Below are positions 38,077 through 59,027 of a DNA stretch of 64,000 bases, one piece after another; position 1 is the stretch's first letter, and every line of letters starts with the position of its first letter. The DNA lies in NCBI GenBank assembly GCA_963693365.1, contig CAVNZM010000001.1:16921840-16985839 (forward strand). The letters run 5' to 3'. Position numbers and translations under genes: made by a program. Under the pieces are notes generated by a model. It worked only from the letters and a program-made list of their open reading frames with translations. It made no database searches and was not told where the DNA came from. The stretch is from Amoebidium appalachense. Lineage: Eukaryota > Protista > Ichthyosporea.

Positions 38077-40111
38077 TGCATTTCAAACACTACAAAAATT
38101 TACAGGAAACGGCAGTAACTGTTTCAAATACTATCAACCTAATAGACGGTAGTTGGAAAAACAAACAACTTGTACCAAGAAAAAAAGGCATATGAAATAA
38201 GGAAATTGTTTTTGTAGTCCTGCAGGACACACTCATAAGTGACGTACTGTAGGCGTGCGCGCGTCCCTGCCCGGGTCATTGCACATTGCAACGGCGTCCC
38301 GGCGGCGCCCGCGGCCCACAATAGTGAAATAAAGCAATTGGTAAGTACGTCACCATGCCGCATGATGCCATATATTGTACGGCCAGCCGAACAAGACGAG
38401 CCCTTTTATATATACAAATTTTTAAGTTTCGTCTAGACTGACAAGTACATGGCTATCTTCAGTTATTATTTTCTACATCTTTTATATTAGACAATGCAGG
38501 CATACATCATCATTGACAACGAGAATCGCAATATTGATCTGTGAAAAAGACCAAAAAAACGTTGACAACATTTACACGGCCTCCTTGACACTCTGGACCG
38601 CACAAGATCAGCCTGGCAGAAATTTCACGATACGCTGTCATTCCAAAGTCTGGAGGGCTATCAGGCAAGGAGGTGCGTGGACTGTGTGCTTTGCCTTGAC
38701 ATGATTGGCCGGTCAAGGGTGCAAAAATAGAATGTGATCCTCGAGGATGTCTTTGCCACAAAACAGCATCGAGGTCTCGAGATAAGGAGATCGATATCGA
38801 GGTGCTGGGGTCAACTGCCGCGGCCCGCAGTCCGCACCAGACAGCTAGATTCAAAAGAAATTTTTTGATTGTAGGCCTACATACCTTTGCATCGGAGTTG
38901 ACCCCTCTGCGCCGAGTCTGCGGATTCAGTGCGGACGATACGGAGCGTGGCTGAATATATCACGTTTACCGATCGGAAATGATGAGTCCGCATGGTGATT
39001 GGACCAAGAGATTGATTTGAACTTTATAATGATTTTTTCGAGGGAAGAAGCTTCGGCTGACCAATCAAAACGATACCACAACGTATTATTTAGATTCGTG
39101 CCTGCAAACTACCGGTAAAGAATTCGGTATCTAAATTTTCGAATTCGTCGGAAATTTTCTGCAGATGGGGGTTACCCGAACCTCAACAGTGTTTGCAGCG
39201 GGCAGCGAAAAATTAACAGTCAGAACAAGACCTTCTGAGGGAGTTTAGATGAAGATAAACTAAAGCCAACAGCTTTTTTGAGCTGCCTATGTATTTTTGT
39301 ATATTTTCCCGTTAATCTGTAATGATTCATCAAGCGGGCAAACGGAGCTCCTGTTTTAAAACCCGGTTGTTTTGAAGGGGTTGAACATTCAAGAGTCACT
39401 TCAAATTGATTCCAAGCAACATAGAAATCGTGCCTCCGGCACGCACGGCCCGCCGAGACGTGAACCGCCCTCAAGTTGAATTGAAGCCTTGGCCAAAATC
39501 AGCTGATACCGTATGCGTGACCCCATTTTATTTGTCCATATCACCGCGCGCGCATGATCACTCACTGAATCACTCCTTTGTTTGGCTTTCAAATTCAGTA
39601 AAGGGAGAAGCTTTACCGAATGGTAAACTTTTTATTTTTAATACATGACGTGTTTGTGCCACGGTCGAAGTCCCCTTATACAGTCCTGTGCTCAACTCAA
39701 GTTGATTCAACACAGTGATGATGGAATCTGATCCTCCCATCTTCAACTTCGTCACCACGTGCACTAGTGACTGGGAATGAAGTATGTAATAGCCTCACTA
39801 TCATAATGCTTTTTTTTTCTTAAGTCCGTAAATTAAACACTAAGCACTCAGTGATGTAATTACATTATGATATGATGTGCTACCGATTTAAGAAAACTTT
39901 GCTGGCCAGTGACTCAGGACGCCACATGTCACATGTGTACACAGTCTGACAGTACACTGCGGTCACTGTCAGGCTCATGATCAGTGACGTCAGTGTACGT
40001 GATAAACCTATTGATTGAATGGCCATAGCTGTGCGTGACCCCTCGCCGACCCCCCGACCCGTGGCCACGGCAGATCATGCTGGGGCCTGGGTCAGGGGCA
40101 TGCGGCATTAA

Positions 40112-40811
40112 CGACCATGTCGGCATTTCTCAATCGTGATGGAATATTTTTGCCATGTCCGGACTTTCCTAAAACGCCCGCATCAACGGAGAAGTGAGCA
40201 TTAGCGAAGCTTAGCAGTTCTCATTCCACAGCCCCAGCCGGGATTTGTGAGTGAGTGATGACTGAGTGAGTGATGAGTGAGTGAGTGAGTGAGTCCAGAC
40301 AAAAACCTGGCCCGACCATTAATGATCGTGTGATGGCTCAGCCCTGAGTAAGTCGCCGATCACGTGCTGAGCCTTTGGTTCGCGGGTGGTCAGATTTGGC
40401 GGGAGCCGCAAACTTTGATGACACCGCGGTAATTCCATTGGTGAATGTAGTGGTTCCTCTGATTGTGATTGGCTTTCAGACTTACAGCGCACTTTGGTTT
40501 GCGGAAAGTCAGGCGTTTTGCGCTCACCAATCAGCAATCGCCGTAAACATGCTAACCAATCGTGCAATTCCCCAACGTGCACCGAATCGATCGCCATAAA
40601 TACTTCCTCGACCGTGTGTACATGTTCTATCCAACTCGACATTTAAAAATAAATAGTATATAAATATAATAAACATATTTTGCATTACCGAACAAATGGG
40701 CAGCCCCCCAAAACAATTCATTTATTCTCAATTTCGCGACATCATCAATGACATCATGCAATAATGAATACGTCATAACTACGTCATAATTGAGAAAGGC
40801 CGACATAGACC
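40112..40811. mobile_element. 700-bp non-autonomous TIR element with TTAA TSD (Kolobok/piggyBac-type target)
   Basis: atgtcggcatttctcaat is inverted to attgagaaaggccgacat with one mismatch. ttaa at 40108-40111 and 40812-40815. Confidence 0.7.
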
Positions 40812-40907
40812 TTAAGGGCTATTAGACTCGGCCGGACTGGGCAAACCAGCGAGCAGCTGCAGCATAAACTGACTCAGTGCCCGAAGGAGTCCCGTGTTCG
40901 AAACCAT

Positions 40908-41098
40908 TTTTTCTTTTGACTGGATTTATTCGACGGAAAGATATGCAAGTATGCACGGCAAGTATACTGAGAAGACAATAAAAACTTCACGAGTTATCCA
41001 GTAACAAGTGCATACTGAGATACCTGAACACTGTGAGAAGACAATAAAAACTTCACGAGTTATCCAGTAACAAGTGCTTACTGAGATACCTGAACACT
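40908..41098 (-). mobile_element. ~190-bp 3' end of the 7865 LINE family with an internal ~64-bp duplication
   Basis: Matches 7865-7990. The segment gagaagacaataaaaacttcacgag..tgaacact occurs twice. TSD aaaccat at 40901-40907 and 41099-41105. Confidence 0.88.
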
Positions 41099-41431
41099 AA
41101 ACCATGTATATATACAAGGTATGATATAGACGACATATCACAATTGCAAATCACTTGAGTCGCTTTGACTGAGTCACTGGTGACCGCATGGTGGCACCAT
41201 CTCCCAGATTCCAAGCATTCCAGAATCATGCAATGCGCACGTGACTTAATCACCACTCATGGTTTGTGAGATCACGATTGTCGAGTGCCACATCATGAGT
41301 CATAATGTGGTCAGCCATCACGGCGTTATTTCAACTTATTATAATTACATACCTACATTCTGATTACCACTGGCCCAGAAGTCTCCTCTCTAGAGCCAGT
41401 GGACCAACAAGGCACTGGACATCAAGGGAGT

Positions 41432-41448
41432 CACACACACACACACGT

Positions 41449-41483
<35 letters not shown>

Positions 41484-41594
41484 CTCTCTCTCTCTCTCTC
41501 CCCCTCTCTCTCTCTCTCTAGATCACACACACACACACACATACTCTTTCTCTCTCTCCCTCTCTCTCTCTCCCTCTCTCTCTATCTAGATCTC

Positions 41595-41634
<40 letters not shown>

Positions 41635-41747
41635 TCTCCCTCTCTCTCTCTCTCCCTCTCTCCCCCCTGCCCCCCCCCCCCCCCCCTCTCTCACTGACTC
41701 GCACAAACACACACGCACACACACACACACTCTCTCTCTCTCTCTCT

Positions 41748-41786
<39 letters not shown>

Positions 41787-41870
41787 TTCTCTTTCTCTCT
41801 CTCTCTCTCTCCCTCTCCACTCTCCACTCTCCCGGAGTCTCCACCCCCCCCCCCTCCCCCCTCTCCCTAG

Positions 41871-41933
<63 letters not shown>

Positions 41934-41965
41934 CTCCCCCCTTCCCCTCTCCTTTCTCTCTCTCT

Positions 41966-42016
<51 letters not shown>

Positions 42017-42254
42017 CCCCCCCCCCCTCCCCCCCCCCCCCCCCCCGCCCAGCGCCTCTCTATTTATCTCTCTCCTCTCCATCCCATGCCATGATCTATC
42101 TCTATCTATCTCTCGCGCCTTGCTCTCTCTCTCTCTCGGCTTTCTCTCTCTCTCCTCGAGGCTCCATGGATCTCTCCCTCTCTTTAGGGCTCTGCCTTCC
42201 CCCAGCTCCCGTCACTCACACCGTCACACTCTCTCTCCGAGGCTAAGGCTTCTT

Positions 42255-42322
<68 letters not shown>

Positions 42323-42471
42323 CTCCCCCCTTCCCCTCTCCTTTCTCTCTCTCTCTCCCTCCCCCCCCCCCCCCCCCCCCCCCCCGCGCCTCTCTATTTA
42401 TCTCTCTCCTCTCCATCCCATGCCATGATCTATCTCTGTCTATCTCTCGCGCCTTGCTCTCTCTCTCTCTC

Positions 42472-42551
<80 letters not shown>

Positions 42552-42860
42552 TCCCCCCCCCCCCTCTCTCTCTCTCTCTCTCCATGGATCTCTCCCTCTC
42601 TTTAGAGCTCTGCCCTCCCCCAGTTCCCGTCACTCACACCGTCACACACTCTCTCCGAGGGTAAGGCTTATCTCTCTCTCTCTCTCTCTCCTCTCTCTCT
42701 TCTTCCCTCCCCCTTCTCTCTCTCTCTCTCTCTCTCCCCCCCCCCTTCTTCTCTCTCTCTCTCTCTCGGCTCTCCCCCCGAGTCTCTCTCTCTCTGTAGT
42801 TCTAGAAGTCTCTCTCACACACACTCTATCAGTCCGACTCTCGATTAGATCTCTCTCAAT
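41432..42860. repeat. Complex (CT)n polypyrimidine satellite with duplicated unique spacers
   Basis: About 1.4 kb of mostly C/T. Spacers atcccatgccatgatctatc (~42081 and ~42415) and ctccatggatctctcc..cacaccgtcacact (~42162 and ~42580) each occur twice. Confidence 0.9.
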
Positions 42861-42968
42861 ACGAGGAGTTTTTTAAAAGAGATCCAGAAAGCCGCCTGCA
42901 GCTGAAGAGTATGTGTGAAGTGTGTGTGCGTGTGTGTGTATGGTGGTGGTGGTGGTGGTGGTGTGTGT

Positions 42969-42999
<31 letters not shown>

Positions 43000-43483
43000 G
43001 GAGGGGGAGGGGGGGGAGGGGGAAGGGTGTGTGCTTGGACGGCCCCTAGGGGCGGGTTGACCTGGAACCGAGGTGCCAAGTCTCCGTTTAAGGAGCTGGG
43101 CCCTCTTGCAGTCTTGGCCTTTCCGAGAAGCATTTGTTCGATTTCATAGACCCAGTATGCATATTTTGACCCACACTATAGCGGTATTATTTGATTGTTG
43201 TCACGTAGGCGAGGCCCACTGAAACTGGAACACTACAGACGGCGTCCACGAATAAGAAACTACCGCCCGGGAAGTTTCTTAATTCAATTATACCCAAAAT
43301 ATTCGGTAACTGAGGTTTCTTATTTTCTTTGGGGGGGGGGGAGGGGGGGGGGAGGGGGGGTACATGTTCTTGTTTCGTGCCACACTTAAGGCCAAAAAAA
43401 CACCAGTTTATACATATTTGTGAGTAAGGGCGCAGCCCTCCCAAACACCGGGTACATACAGCCCTCCCAAACACTACATCTCA

Positions 43484-43516
<33 letters not shown>

Positions 43517-43737
43517 CCCCCCCCCCCTCTCCCCGGTCTGCCCCTGCCCAGCTCTAGCGTATAAAAAGCACGTGTGCGCGTGCGCACGTTAACACTTTAT
43601 ATCCATGCACCATTTCCGTACAACTAAGGCTCCCACGCGCATACACATGCGCGCGTGCGCGCGCACACACACACACCTGCACACACACACACGCATGCAC
43701 ACACACACCAACACACCCGCACACGCACGTACGCACT

Positions 43738-43803
<66 letters not shown>

Positions 43804-43944
43804 TGCAAAACATATTTAAAAACGAACCAAAACAATGAAAAGGTGCAGGAAAAAAACACAATATAGGAAAAAGCACAAACAAACATGCCCTCCCCTCACC
43901 CCCTTTCCACCCACCCACCCACCCACCCGGCCAACAACAACAAC

Positions 43945-44026
<82 letters not shown>

Positions 44027-45623
44027 AAAAAAAAAAAAAAAAGAAGAAAGAAAGAAGGAAAGAAGGAAAGAAGGAAAGAACAGAAAAAAAAAACTGAAAG
44101 CCAGTGAACCGTACAACCGCAACATGAACTTGGCTCGTCCACAAATATTTCTTCCTGCCCCAGAATATTAGACGAATCCAGGTACTCTCAACCTTCCTTC
44201 TCTATGACACACCACACCCCCTGCCGCCCTACAGCCAAGTTTTCCCCGTTTGCTTCATAATCTCCTTCTGACGGACACTGATGCAGACGCTCACCAGATA
44301 CATAATCCACTACAAAACTAAACCTTGCTTCTTAGCCTCCTCCACCACCACACCCTTAAGCCACCCGACAAGGGGGAAGCGGCGCAATATTTCACGGCCA
44401 ATCATCCCTCTACCTAAACGAGGGCACTCGCTCACCACAGACGGTAACCCTCAGGCACAGCCCAGAGGTTTACTTCCTCCTCCTCCTCACTATCACCACC
44501 ATCCTCTGGCTCAACTTCAGCATCTAAATCTAGCACATCCTCCTCTGGCGCTCTATGCTCTTCACTATCCTCTTGGGACACTCCCCCTGCCTCTTCCCCC
44601 TCCTCACCAACCCCTACCTCCCCAAGTTGCACACGAGCACCAGCCACCCCAATATCTCTACCCACCTGGCCGCATCCTTTTCGTTGGTGAGAGTCACTGT
44701 TGCGTTTCGTCCACCAACAGACAGTTTTAGTGACCTGGAATTTGTTGGGGAAGCTAAAAAGCGAGGCATACTTTTTCATTCGACCCATGTTTGCAAATGC
44801 TGTGTGGTGACTTGCCTACCAGTTTGCTCCTATGGTGGCTAGAATACTTGTATCAAAATAGACGAGAAAAAAGCCTTCTGTATGAATACCCAGCCCTTCC
44901 CCACCCCAGATTATTTGACTGTGCGCGCTACGTTTGAAACTTTTGTTGCCAAACTGACCCCGTCTTTCCCGCCTTCGTTGCTTTATATGTTAGCTGGCCA
45001 CCGTGTCCAGCCCGCCAAAAGTTGGCGCTTCCCACCAAAAGTCTTCAGGAAAAGGACCAACTGAGCGCAAAAGCCCATTTCTCTTATTTACATGTTAAAG
45101 CCGAAAATGAATATTGGGCCCTGAAATGTTAAAAACCCTCTATGCCCCGCATGAACACCACCTCAAAAAAACCCCTGCCACTTACTAATAAAATAAGAAA
45201 TCTAAATTGGGGAACAGGTAAAGCTACTTTTCTTATTCGCGGACGCCGTCTGTAACTGGCTGTAAAGTGACCATGCACTCGTTGATAACAGGTCCTTTTG
45301 CTCCCCCCCCCCCCCCCCCCCCCCCTCCTCCAACCACTACCTCAAGCAGGCCTCCCCCCCCTCCCCCTCCCCCCCTCCGCCACCTGGCCCCCCAAACACA
45401 CACGCACACAAGCAGACTTCCTTCCTCAGCACCTATCCACCGAGGAAACATGCCTCAAATAACTTAGAGAACTGCCTGCACATATGCATCACTGCACCAA
45501 CGGTACCTTGCAATTGCCCAGCAAGTTGACCAGGCAAAGTTCACCTTAAAGCAAAACAAAACGATGACCGACTATCATAGCCCCATTTGTCGCGCGTCCA
45601 CTGTTCGGTGCCCCACGCCATCT

Positions 45624-51349
<5,726 letters not shown>

Positions 51350-52607
51350 CTTTGCCTGCTGTGTTTCAGACACTGTTAGAATAGGAGGTAGAATCGCCGG
51401 AGTGAATCCGTTCTAAAGGTTAGAGCTGCCGGCTGGCCATGAATTAACAAAATAACATGTCTAGCATGTTATCTCCAAAGCCAAGAGCGAAAAAACTGAA
51501 CGCAGTGACAAATAAAGATCAATGGATATTACTGGGTTTATCTTGCATAAAAACCGCCTCTTGGACATCATTCAGAAGCGGGATGGGGATTCAAGCGTGT
51601 GAAAAACGAGCTTTCGCAAACCTGCACAACACGAAAATTGCTGTCCAACTCTTCGGTACCTCGTTACCTTTTATGTCTTGATAATAGCCTTGGTGAAGCT
51701 TTGGTAAATACTTGACAGTAGGTGTGGCTAAACCTTTGAGGGTAGCTAATGGATTATCGGGCACACCTAACCGTTGTGAGAAAGTGATGAGCTCAGTATA
51801 TTTTCCCACAAAGTTCAGCTAAATGGCGTGGTCTGAGTTCTAAGAGCAAAGCAAAACATCACACAATAGGTTCATATTAAAGACTAATATTGGACTTGGG
51901 GGCATAACGTGAAGTCTCTAAACACGAAACCAGACACAAAAGGGCGGGAAAAGGCTCCTACCGTTTGACGTCCAACGGCTACGCTGCGGCTGGTTGGCGG
52001 GGAGTTGACTCAGTGTGTGATTTATCACTGCACCTGTTTGCCCTGTTTTCTATGAGCCCCCCATAAAGGTTTAGAATGCTTGAAAATACCTCCGTGGCCA
52101 ATGCTTAAGCTATAGCCTTTGATATTTTGACAAGGGACTTTAAAGCCAACGGGTCATTTCCTGTTCTGTTAGTTGCAAGTTTATCGAATAAATGCCGATT
52201 CTGTGACTTTTCCGGCTTTTTTTTGTTTCTAACTCTAAAAAATAATCTTGGGTGAGTCATTTGTAACTACCGATACACAGTGGAAGCAGGTAAATTCGGC
52301 CACAAAATGACCTGCAACAGAACCAAAAAACCCCGACTACGCTGGCGTCACGTTGCTGGCAACGAAAATATCATATCTCAACACCATATGATTGAGGGGG
52401 GTTTACGCTGTTTACTCGAGGCAAAGAGAGACCAGTCTCAGGTATGGGGGGTTTTTGCTCGGAATATCCCCTCAGCGGTATATCATGATCACGTACATAG
52501 ATGTCGGGTGATGACTATGAGGCAGGGTTTACTTCTCTGCGAGGCACCATAAAGACTAAGAAAAATCAATTAGTTGGGGTTCCCCGTTTTTTTTTTGTTT
52601 TTTTTGG

Positions 52608-52663
<56 letters not shown>

Positions 52664-52691
52664 CTCCCCTGGGACACTCGGTATCAGCTGG

Positions 52692-52863
<172 letters not shown>

Positions 52864-53699
52864 ATGCGCTAGAATTTTGTAGTGATGTGTTTCTCAAGCC
52901 AAACAATACATCTATTAAACAGGTCGTAGCCCGCGCGTTTAGTATAAAATCAAGCTTAAGGATGTTGTAATTTACAGGTAGGATATCTTTCTGGGTGTCT
53001 GTTGTGAATGTGACGTGTGTGTGTTGCGGTATTATGTGGTCTATCAAACTACATTTGGCGATACATGACCGTTTAAACTGGTGTGTGTGTGTGTTGTTTG
53101 GGCATGCAAACGATGCCACCTTATACTTATTAGATCTCCACTGTATAGCACATGTACAGTAGAAGCGTGGTAATTGATCAATAATACATCAGCTAGAGAA
53201 AGACCAGTTCTACAGGAAGGTAATATGTATTTAGGTGTTATATACATTTGCGAGTGCCATATTTGGCAATATGGTTGAGGCGGTCATTTTATAAAACGGA
53301 CATAAGGCTTACTAAGTTTTTCAAGGTGTCTGCTTTCATCGGGTCTAGTGTCGTGTGGTATCTTTTTCCATTTGTTATATTGCGTGATTACGTTGTGATT
53401 GTGTACCGTATGATGTTTAATAAGTAAGTGGCAGTCCAAAGTCACACGGCGTAGCACACTTTTGCGGGGTTTTTTTGTATTTGTGCCCGGGGGAGAAGGA
53501 GAGAGAGAGGGAAGGAAAGAGGGGAGAGGTGAGGAGGGGACAGGTCGGATAGAGAAGAGAGGGTGGGAGGGCAAATGCTTCTTTAAGGGGCTTATGTGCT
53601 TATTGGATTTCAGCGCGAGATGGGATACTCTAGCAGGCTATTGGGACCAGACCATATATCGAGAGCGTTACAGGCCCAGGTTTACAACAGTTGTTAGAT

Positions 53700-55300
53700 A
53701 GAAAGGAGGCAACTAACTGCTTTAAGGAAATTTGCCAAGGGTTCAAAGTAAGCGATCTAGTTCTCTCTTTCTTGATCCAAGCGGCGAGAAGGGGTAAACC
53801 ATATTCACATATGCCGGGAAGACAAAAGTGCGAATAAATGTAAGTCTAATAGAACTTCAAGGATGGACTCGAGGGGTGTGTCTTAAAAAATATTAGCCGA
53901 GAAGGATTCTAACCGCAAGCTTCCGAGCCAACTCTACCCTCTTTTCGACCATATGGGAAAACATAACACCTGGTACAGGATTAACCGGAACACCAAGATA
54001 TTTGTATTCTGGAACTATAGGTACAGGTTTAGATAATAATGTAATTGTGTGTAAATTGTTAGCTATATCAGGTACAAGAACACCACATTTGTCTATGTTA
54101 AGGATCATAAGGTTTGCCTTGCACCACTCTGATACTACATCGAACAATCTTTGCAGGCGTAGTAGGGGTACGGGCAAGGAGGGACAGGTCATCTCAGCAT
54201 AGAGAAGTGCAGGCGGAAAGTTATTAATAGGGTCATCAATTTCGGCATAAATCTTGACAGCCAAATCATCTATAAATAAGTTAAACAAAAAGGGGCTAAG
54301 CAATGAACCCTGCAAGAGACCTCTAGTACGAGCAAAAACATATGAAAGATGCCCATTAACCACAGTTCTACCATAGGTTTGAGACAAGAGTGCTTCTAAC
54401 AGAACACCAATGCAGTGTGGTACACCCCGTGCAGCAAGCTTTTCCAATAGTAGGAGACCAGGGGAAACAGAATCGTAAGCAGTTTTCCAATCAATAAAGC
54501 CAACATATCGTGCACCAACTTGCATAGAATCGTGCAGTGCCATTATTTGAACTTATTAACATGAATTGTTCTTACGAAAAGCGGATTGGCATGGGTATGT
54601 GTGAAGAATAAATTGAAACCTAGGGTGATGTGCAAATAACCTAAGTAAGCAAGCTTCAAAGAATCTAAGAACAACCTGGTTAGTGTGATGGGGCGAAAAG
54701 ATGATATGGGGCCCTCAAAGACGTCCTTCTTAACTATGGGGATCACTAAGGTATCTAACCAAGATGACGGGACATGTCCACATTTAACACACCAACAAAA
54801 GAGAGAGCTTAACATAATAGTAAGATTAGGTTTAATAGCACGATCACTTTCCTTTTGTGGGTAGGAGGGAACAAGGATTTTAAGAAACTTAGCAGGAAGT
54901 CCATCCCATCAGGTCCACAAGACTTACTACAATCACAGACCATATGGTTTCGGGACTGAAAAAGGGGAGGATCGATTCTATGGGGATAGATGGGTCTACA
55001 GGCCACACAATAGGTTTCTGAGCGGGGGTCCTATCTTTGAACAGTTCCGAGAAATACTTATCAGAGTCTATGAGGGGGTCTCCAGTGGTATCACCAATAA
55101 TACTCGAGCAGGGGGGCCAAATTTGTAGCAAGCCGGCGCGCAAGCTTTCCTTTTGAGACAGGCCTGGGCTAATAACTTTTGAATGAAGCATTTTAACCAA
55201 TCATCGTGTGCTATAAGCCCATGACGGTTTCATCCCAGCTACTACGTTGGTCGGCAAAGAATAGATCTACAGTATCCTTTCCTCGATAATGTCATGCATA
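53700..55300 (-). mobile_element. Decayed LINE (RT region with several frameshifts), boundaries approximate
   Basis: Motifs split over several frames: GPDG, VPSSWLDTLVIPIVKK, FRPITL, FIDWKTAYD, GLLQGSLLSPFLFNLFIDDL, LLYA, YKYLG. Confidence 0.88.
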
Positions 55301-55655
55301 TTCTATTCCTTTTTTGCGCAAAAATAGGAAACGCTAATGAGTGGAGAAGAACTCCGTCTCTTTCCTCCTCTCTCCATTTTCTTTCTTTTTTTTTTTTGTG
55401 TAGCCCACGTAAAGCCTCGGGTTCTTGCAATGTTTGCGAGCTGAAATCATAACAAGTATACTCATACGCACCAGCTGAGACTGTTCTAACCTGCTTGCGA
55501 GATACTAACTAAAACGAAACAGGCTGTTTAGATTGTGGCAAATTGGGGTTGTGCCGGGCCACAATTGTAACCCCCTCCTCACTTACGATCGACCACGCAT
55601 CACATCTCTGTTTCTTCTCACCGAGTTCAGATCCTATCCACACATCCTCTTGAGA

Positions 55656-56277
55656 ATGCTACCCGGAAGTCAATCGCAAGGGCGGACTAGAACGCCAAGC
55701 AGACGGTACAAGTTCTTTAGACGGCTGCTCAATTTCAGGCAGCTGGACTTCGAAGTAGCCCTCTACCAGATGCGAGATCTATGCATTGGTATGCAACCAA
55801 AACCCAACCTCCACGCTCCTACTCGCCTGCCTCCCTCCCCCCCCCTCCCCCCCCCCCTCCCCCCCCCCCCCCTCCCCTCCCCCCCCCCCCCCCCCCCCTC
55901 CCCCCCAAGGAAAAAAAAGAAAAAAAAAAAACACCCCACCCCACTTTCGGATGTTTGACTCTGCTTTGATGCACATGTCTTTGTGTATGCTTTGCAGACT
56001 TTGCATGGTGTTGCCGTTCATGAAATGTGCAGTTTATATTCTGTAATGATTTCTACATCCCTCCTCCCCCCTCCCCCCTCCCTCTTCCTCTCTCTCTCTC
56101 TCCCCGCCTCCTCCCCCTCTTCCTTCCTCAGCTCTTTCCCCTTTTCTGTTCACTGTGCCCTGGCTGCCACCCTTACCCACGGATCCCTCATATGCAACCC
56201 CCTCTCCCCTCCCCCCCCCCCCCCCTCCCACCCTTCGGGCCCCCCAGCCTTCACCCCACCATGGGCCCTTTTCGTTG

Positions 56278-56367
<90 letters not shown>

Positions 56368-56401
56368 ACGCACACACGCGCGCGCGCACACACACACACA
56401 C

Positions 56402-56440
<39 letters not shown>

Positions 56441-58973
56441 CACCAGCAGCAGCTCGCGCACACACACACTCTCTCTGGCGCAGACACCTCCCCCCTTACC
56501 CCTCCCCCTCCCCCCACCCCACCGCACCTATCCACCCACCCACCACCGACCTTCAGCTCCACACCCTCCAAAACGTTTCTCGTCGTTTCCTCCTCGATAT
56601 TCCTCTGTTTTTCGAACGCATGTGCTCTGACCAATATGTTAATGCACCCCGTTCTCCGCAGCGCCACATAAAGTCTACCGCAACTTCCAATACCACAAAC
56701 AGACCAAGAATCAATGGGCTAGAGACGACCCTGCTTTTCTCGTTCTTTTGGCAGGTACGGTGTGGGGGAAAGTTTGGGTTACAGTGTGTATCACCTAAAT
56801 ATTCCCTTCCCTTCTGCTCCAAGCCGAACCGTTTTTATATGTCAATTTGCCACTAGAACTTCAGCAATCGTTGTATGGTGAACATGGAATGTGGGTTGCA
56901 TCTGGAGAAAATGAGGTATCTGACCACCAGTGGTATATTCAGTTGTGCACTTGCAAGTCGGCATGGGGACGAGTGCACAGGGAGGATAGCACACTGGAGT
57001 GAACTGTCCATCAATCTACGTGTGGGAGATGTGTGTGTGTGTGTTCTTTTTTTTTTTTTTTTTTTTTGGGGGGGGGGGGGGGAGGGGGGGGGAGGGGGGG
57101 GGAGAGGGGTTGCATGAGCCTAAATACGGACACAGCGCACAGGCGCGCACACACACATAGGCGACAACAAACACATTCTTGCAGTCACCAATGTACGGCC
57201 GTTCTTAGGGCATCCCGCCAGACACCAATATCCACTACTCACCCTTCTTCGCTTCCACCATGCTTCTCACATTTAGCTTCCACGTGGCCTGCTTACTATG
57301 CACTCACCCCATCGCCAACCTCCTAACCTCGCTCACTTTGGGCTTTTTATCTTGTACAGCATTTTTTAACCCCCTCTCCCCCTCCCCCCCTCCCCCCCCC
57401 CCCCCCCCCCCCCCCCCCCTCAGTTTCAGTTTTGGATTTCCCTTGTGCAATCACCATAGATGCCAATTTCTAACATCCAATCTGGCACGCAAAGTGCATC
57501 ACATCGGAACACGCCCAAAGCAAGGAAAACATAGCTTTGACCCCTACAAACCATGCACCAGACCCTCATTTTATTTTTCACTATTCCCCCCCCTCCCCCA
57601 ACCCTTCCCTCTTCCCCCCTCTCTCCCCCAACCACATCCACCACCACCATTACCACCACGGGGTCGAAACTCAGATATTGTGAATGACTTGGCTCCGTGA
57701 GGATGGGCTCTACTTATGATGCATTCTTTTTGTGTGTGCTTGGCAAGCTCTGCATTTTTTTGTCCATCCTGTGTTCCTCCTGTGACACATTCTATACCCC
57801 CCCCACCCGATTGTGTGATTTGCAATCTCTGTTGTGTTGTTCGTTGTTAACGTGTTTTTCGTACTCTGTGGCACATTACTCCCTCCCTCCCCTCTCCCCC
57901 CCCCCCCCCCCCCCCCCCCCCCGGGGGACGTGTTCCAAAACAAACCCCTATAGCTACACATTACACATACAGCTACCAACATCACTCGTACGTCGGCCAC
58001 ACCCAACCACCACCTCATGTACCACACACCCCGCCTTTCCCCCCCCTAACTTAAGGAGCTAATACCTTACCCCGCATCACAGCTAACGTGCCCTTACTAA
58101 CCCAGTGTATCTTGCAGTGTCCCTGTGCATCACATCGTTTGCGTTTTCGATGTACTTTTGGTTTCCGTGGTGGAAGTTTATTGTCTTCACCCTCTACGTC
58201 ATCTTTGTGGACTGTGTGGGTATTGGTGCCGTAATAGCAACAATAAACTGGGCGCTGGCAAATAAATATCTCAGGTGAGTCACCTTGATTTCCTTCTGTC
58301 TTCGGATAGATTGTGTTTGACTAACAATGATGCTCCAGCTACCTCAGATACATACAATCATGTTTATTTCTATTTGTAGGCAATATGTATGATGCCCTGT
58401 GTTTTTTCCTGGTGCATCTTAGTGCGTTGTACCGTGCCCCTCCCCCCCCCCCCCCCCAAAAAAAAAAAAAAAAAAAAAAATAGAAACAACCTCCTCTTCC
58501 CCGTCCTCCTCCCCCTTGCGTTCTCTTCTTGTCTTATGGGTAAAGGTGCGTGTAGGTTTGGGGGGGGGGGGGGGGGGTATCTATGGCACACCTTCAACCC
58601 CTCTATCACCCCCCACTACACCATACTAAAATGTTCAACCATCATTTTGCCCCGCCACAGGCAATCTCTGCCCCACACAGTGCCGGAGAATGTTGAGTGG
58701 GCATATGCGTTTGACGTGCACTGCAACTCGTTCTTCCCCCTGCTGCTGATCCTGCATGGGCTGCAGCTGATCCTCATGCCCCTGATCACCCTTGACAACA
58801 TGGTGTCCGTGCTGGTGGCAAACACCCTTTATCTGCTTGCCGTGAGGTATGCTGGGGGTGATGTTTGGGAACATGAAGTCGTTGTGTAGAATGGGCAGAC
58901 ATAGTTCTTCGTGGGTGGTGGTGGTGGTGTTTTTTCTTTTTTCTTTTTTTTTTTTTTTGTAAAGGGGTGGGGG

Positions 58974-59027
<54 letters not shown>

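Noticed and set aside
38500-39900. Short ORFs (39220-39474, 39570-39764) in a microsatellite-free intergenic block
   Set aside because: No recognisable motifs, splice pattern or termini, so they cannot be assigned without a database search.
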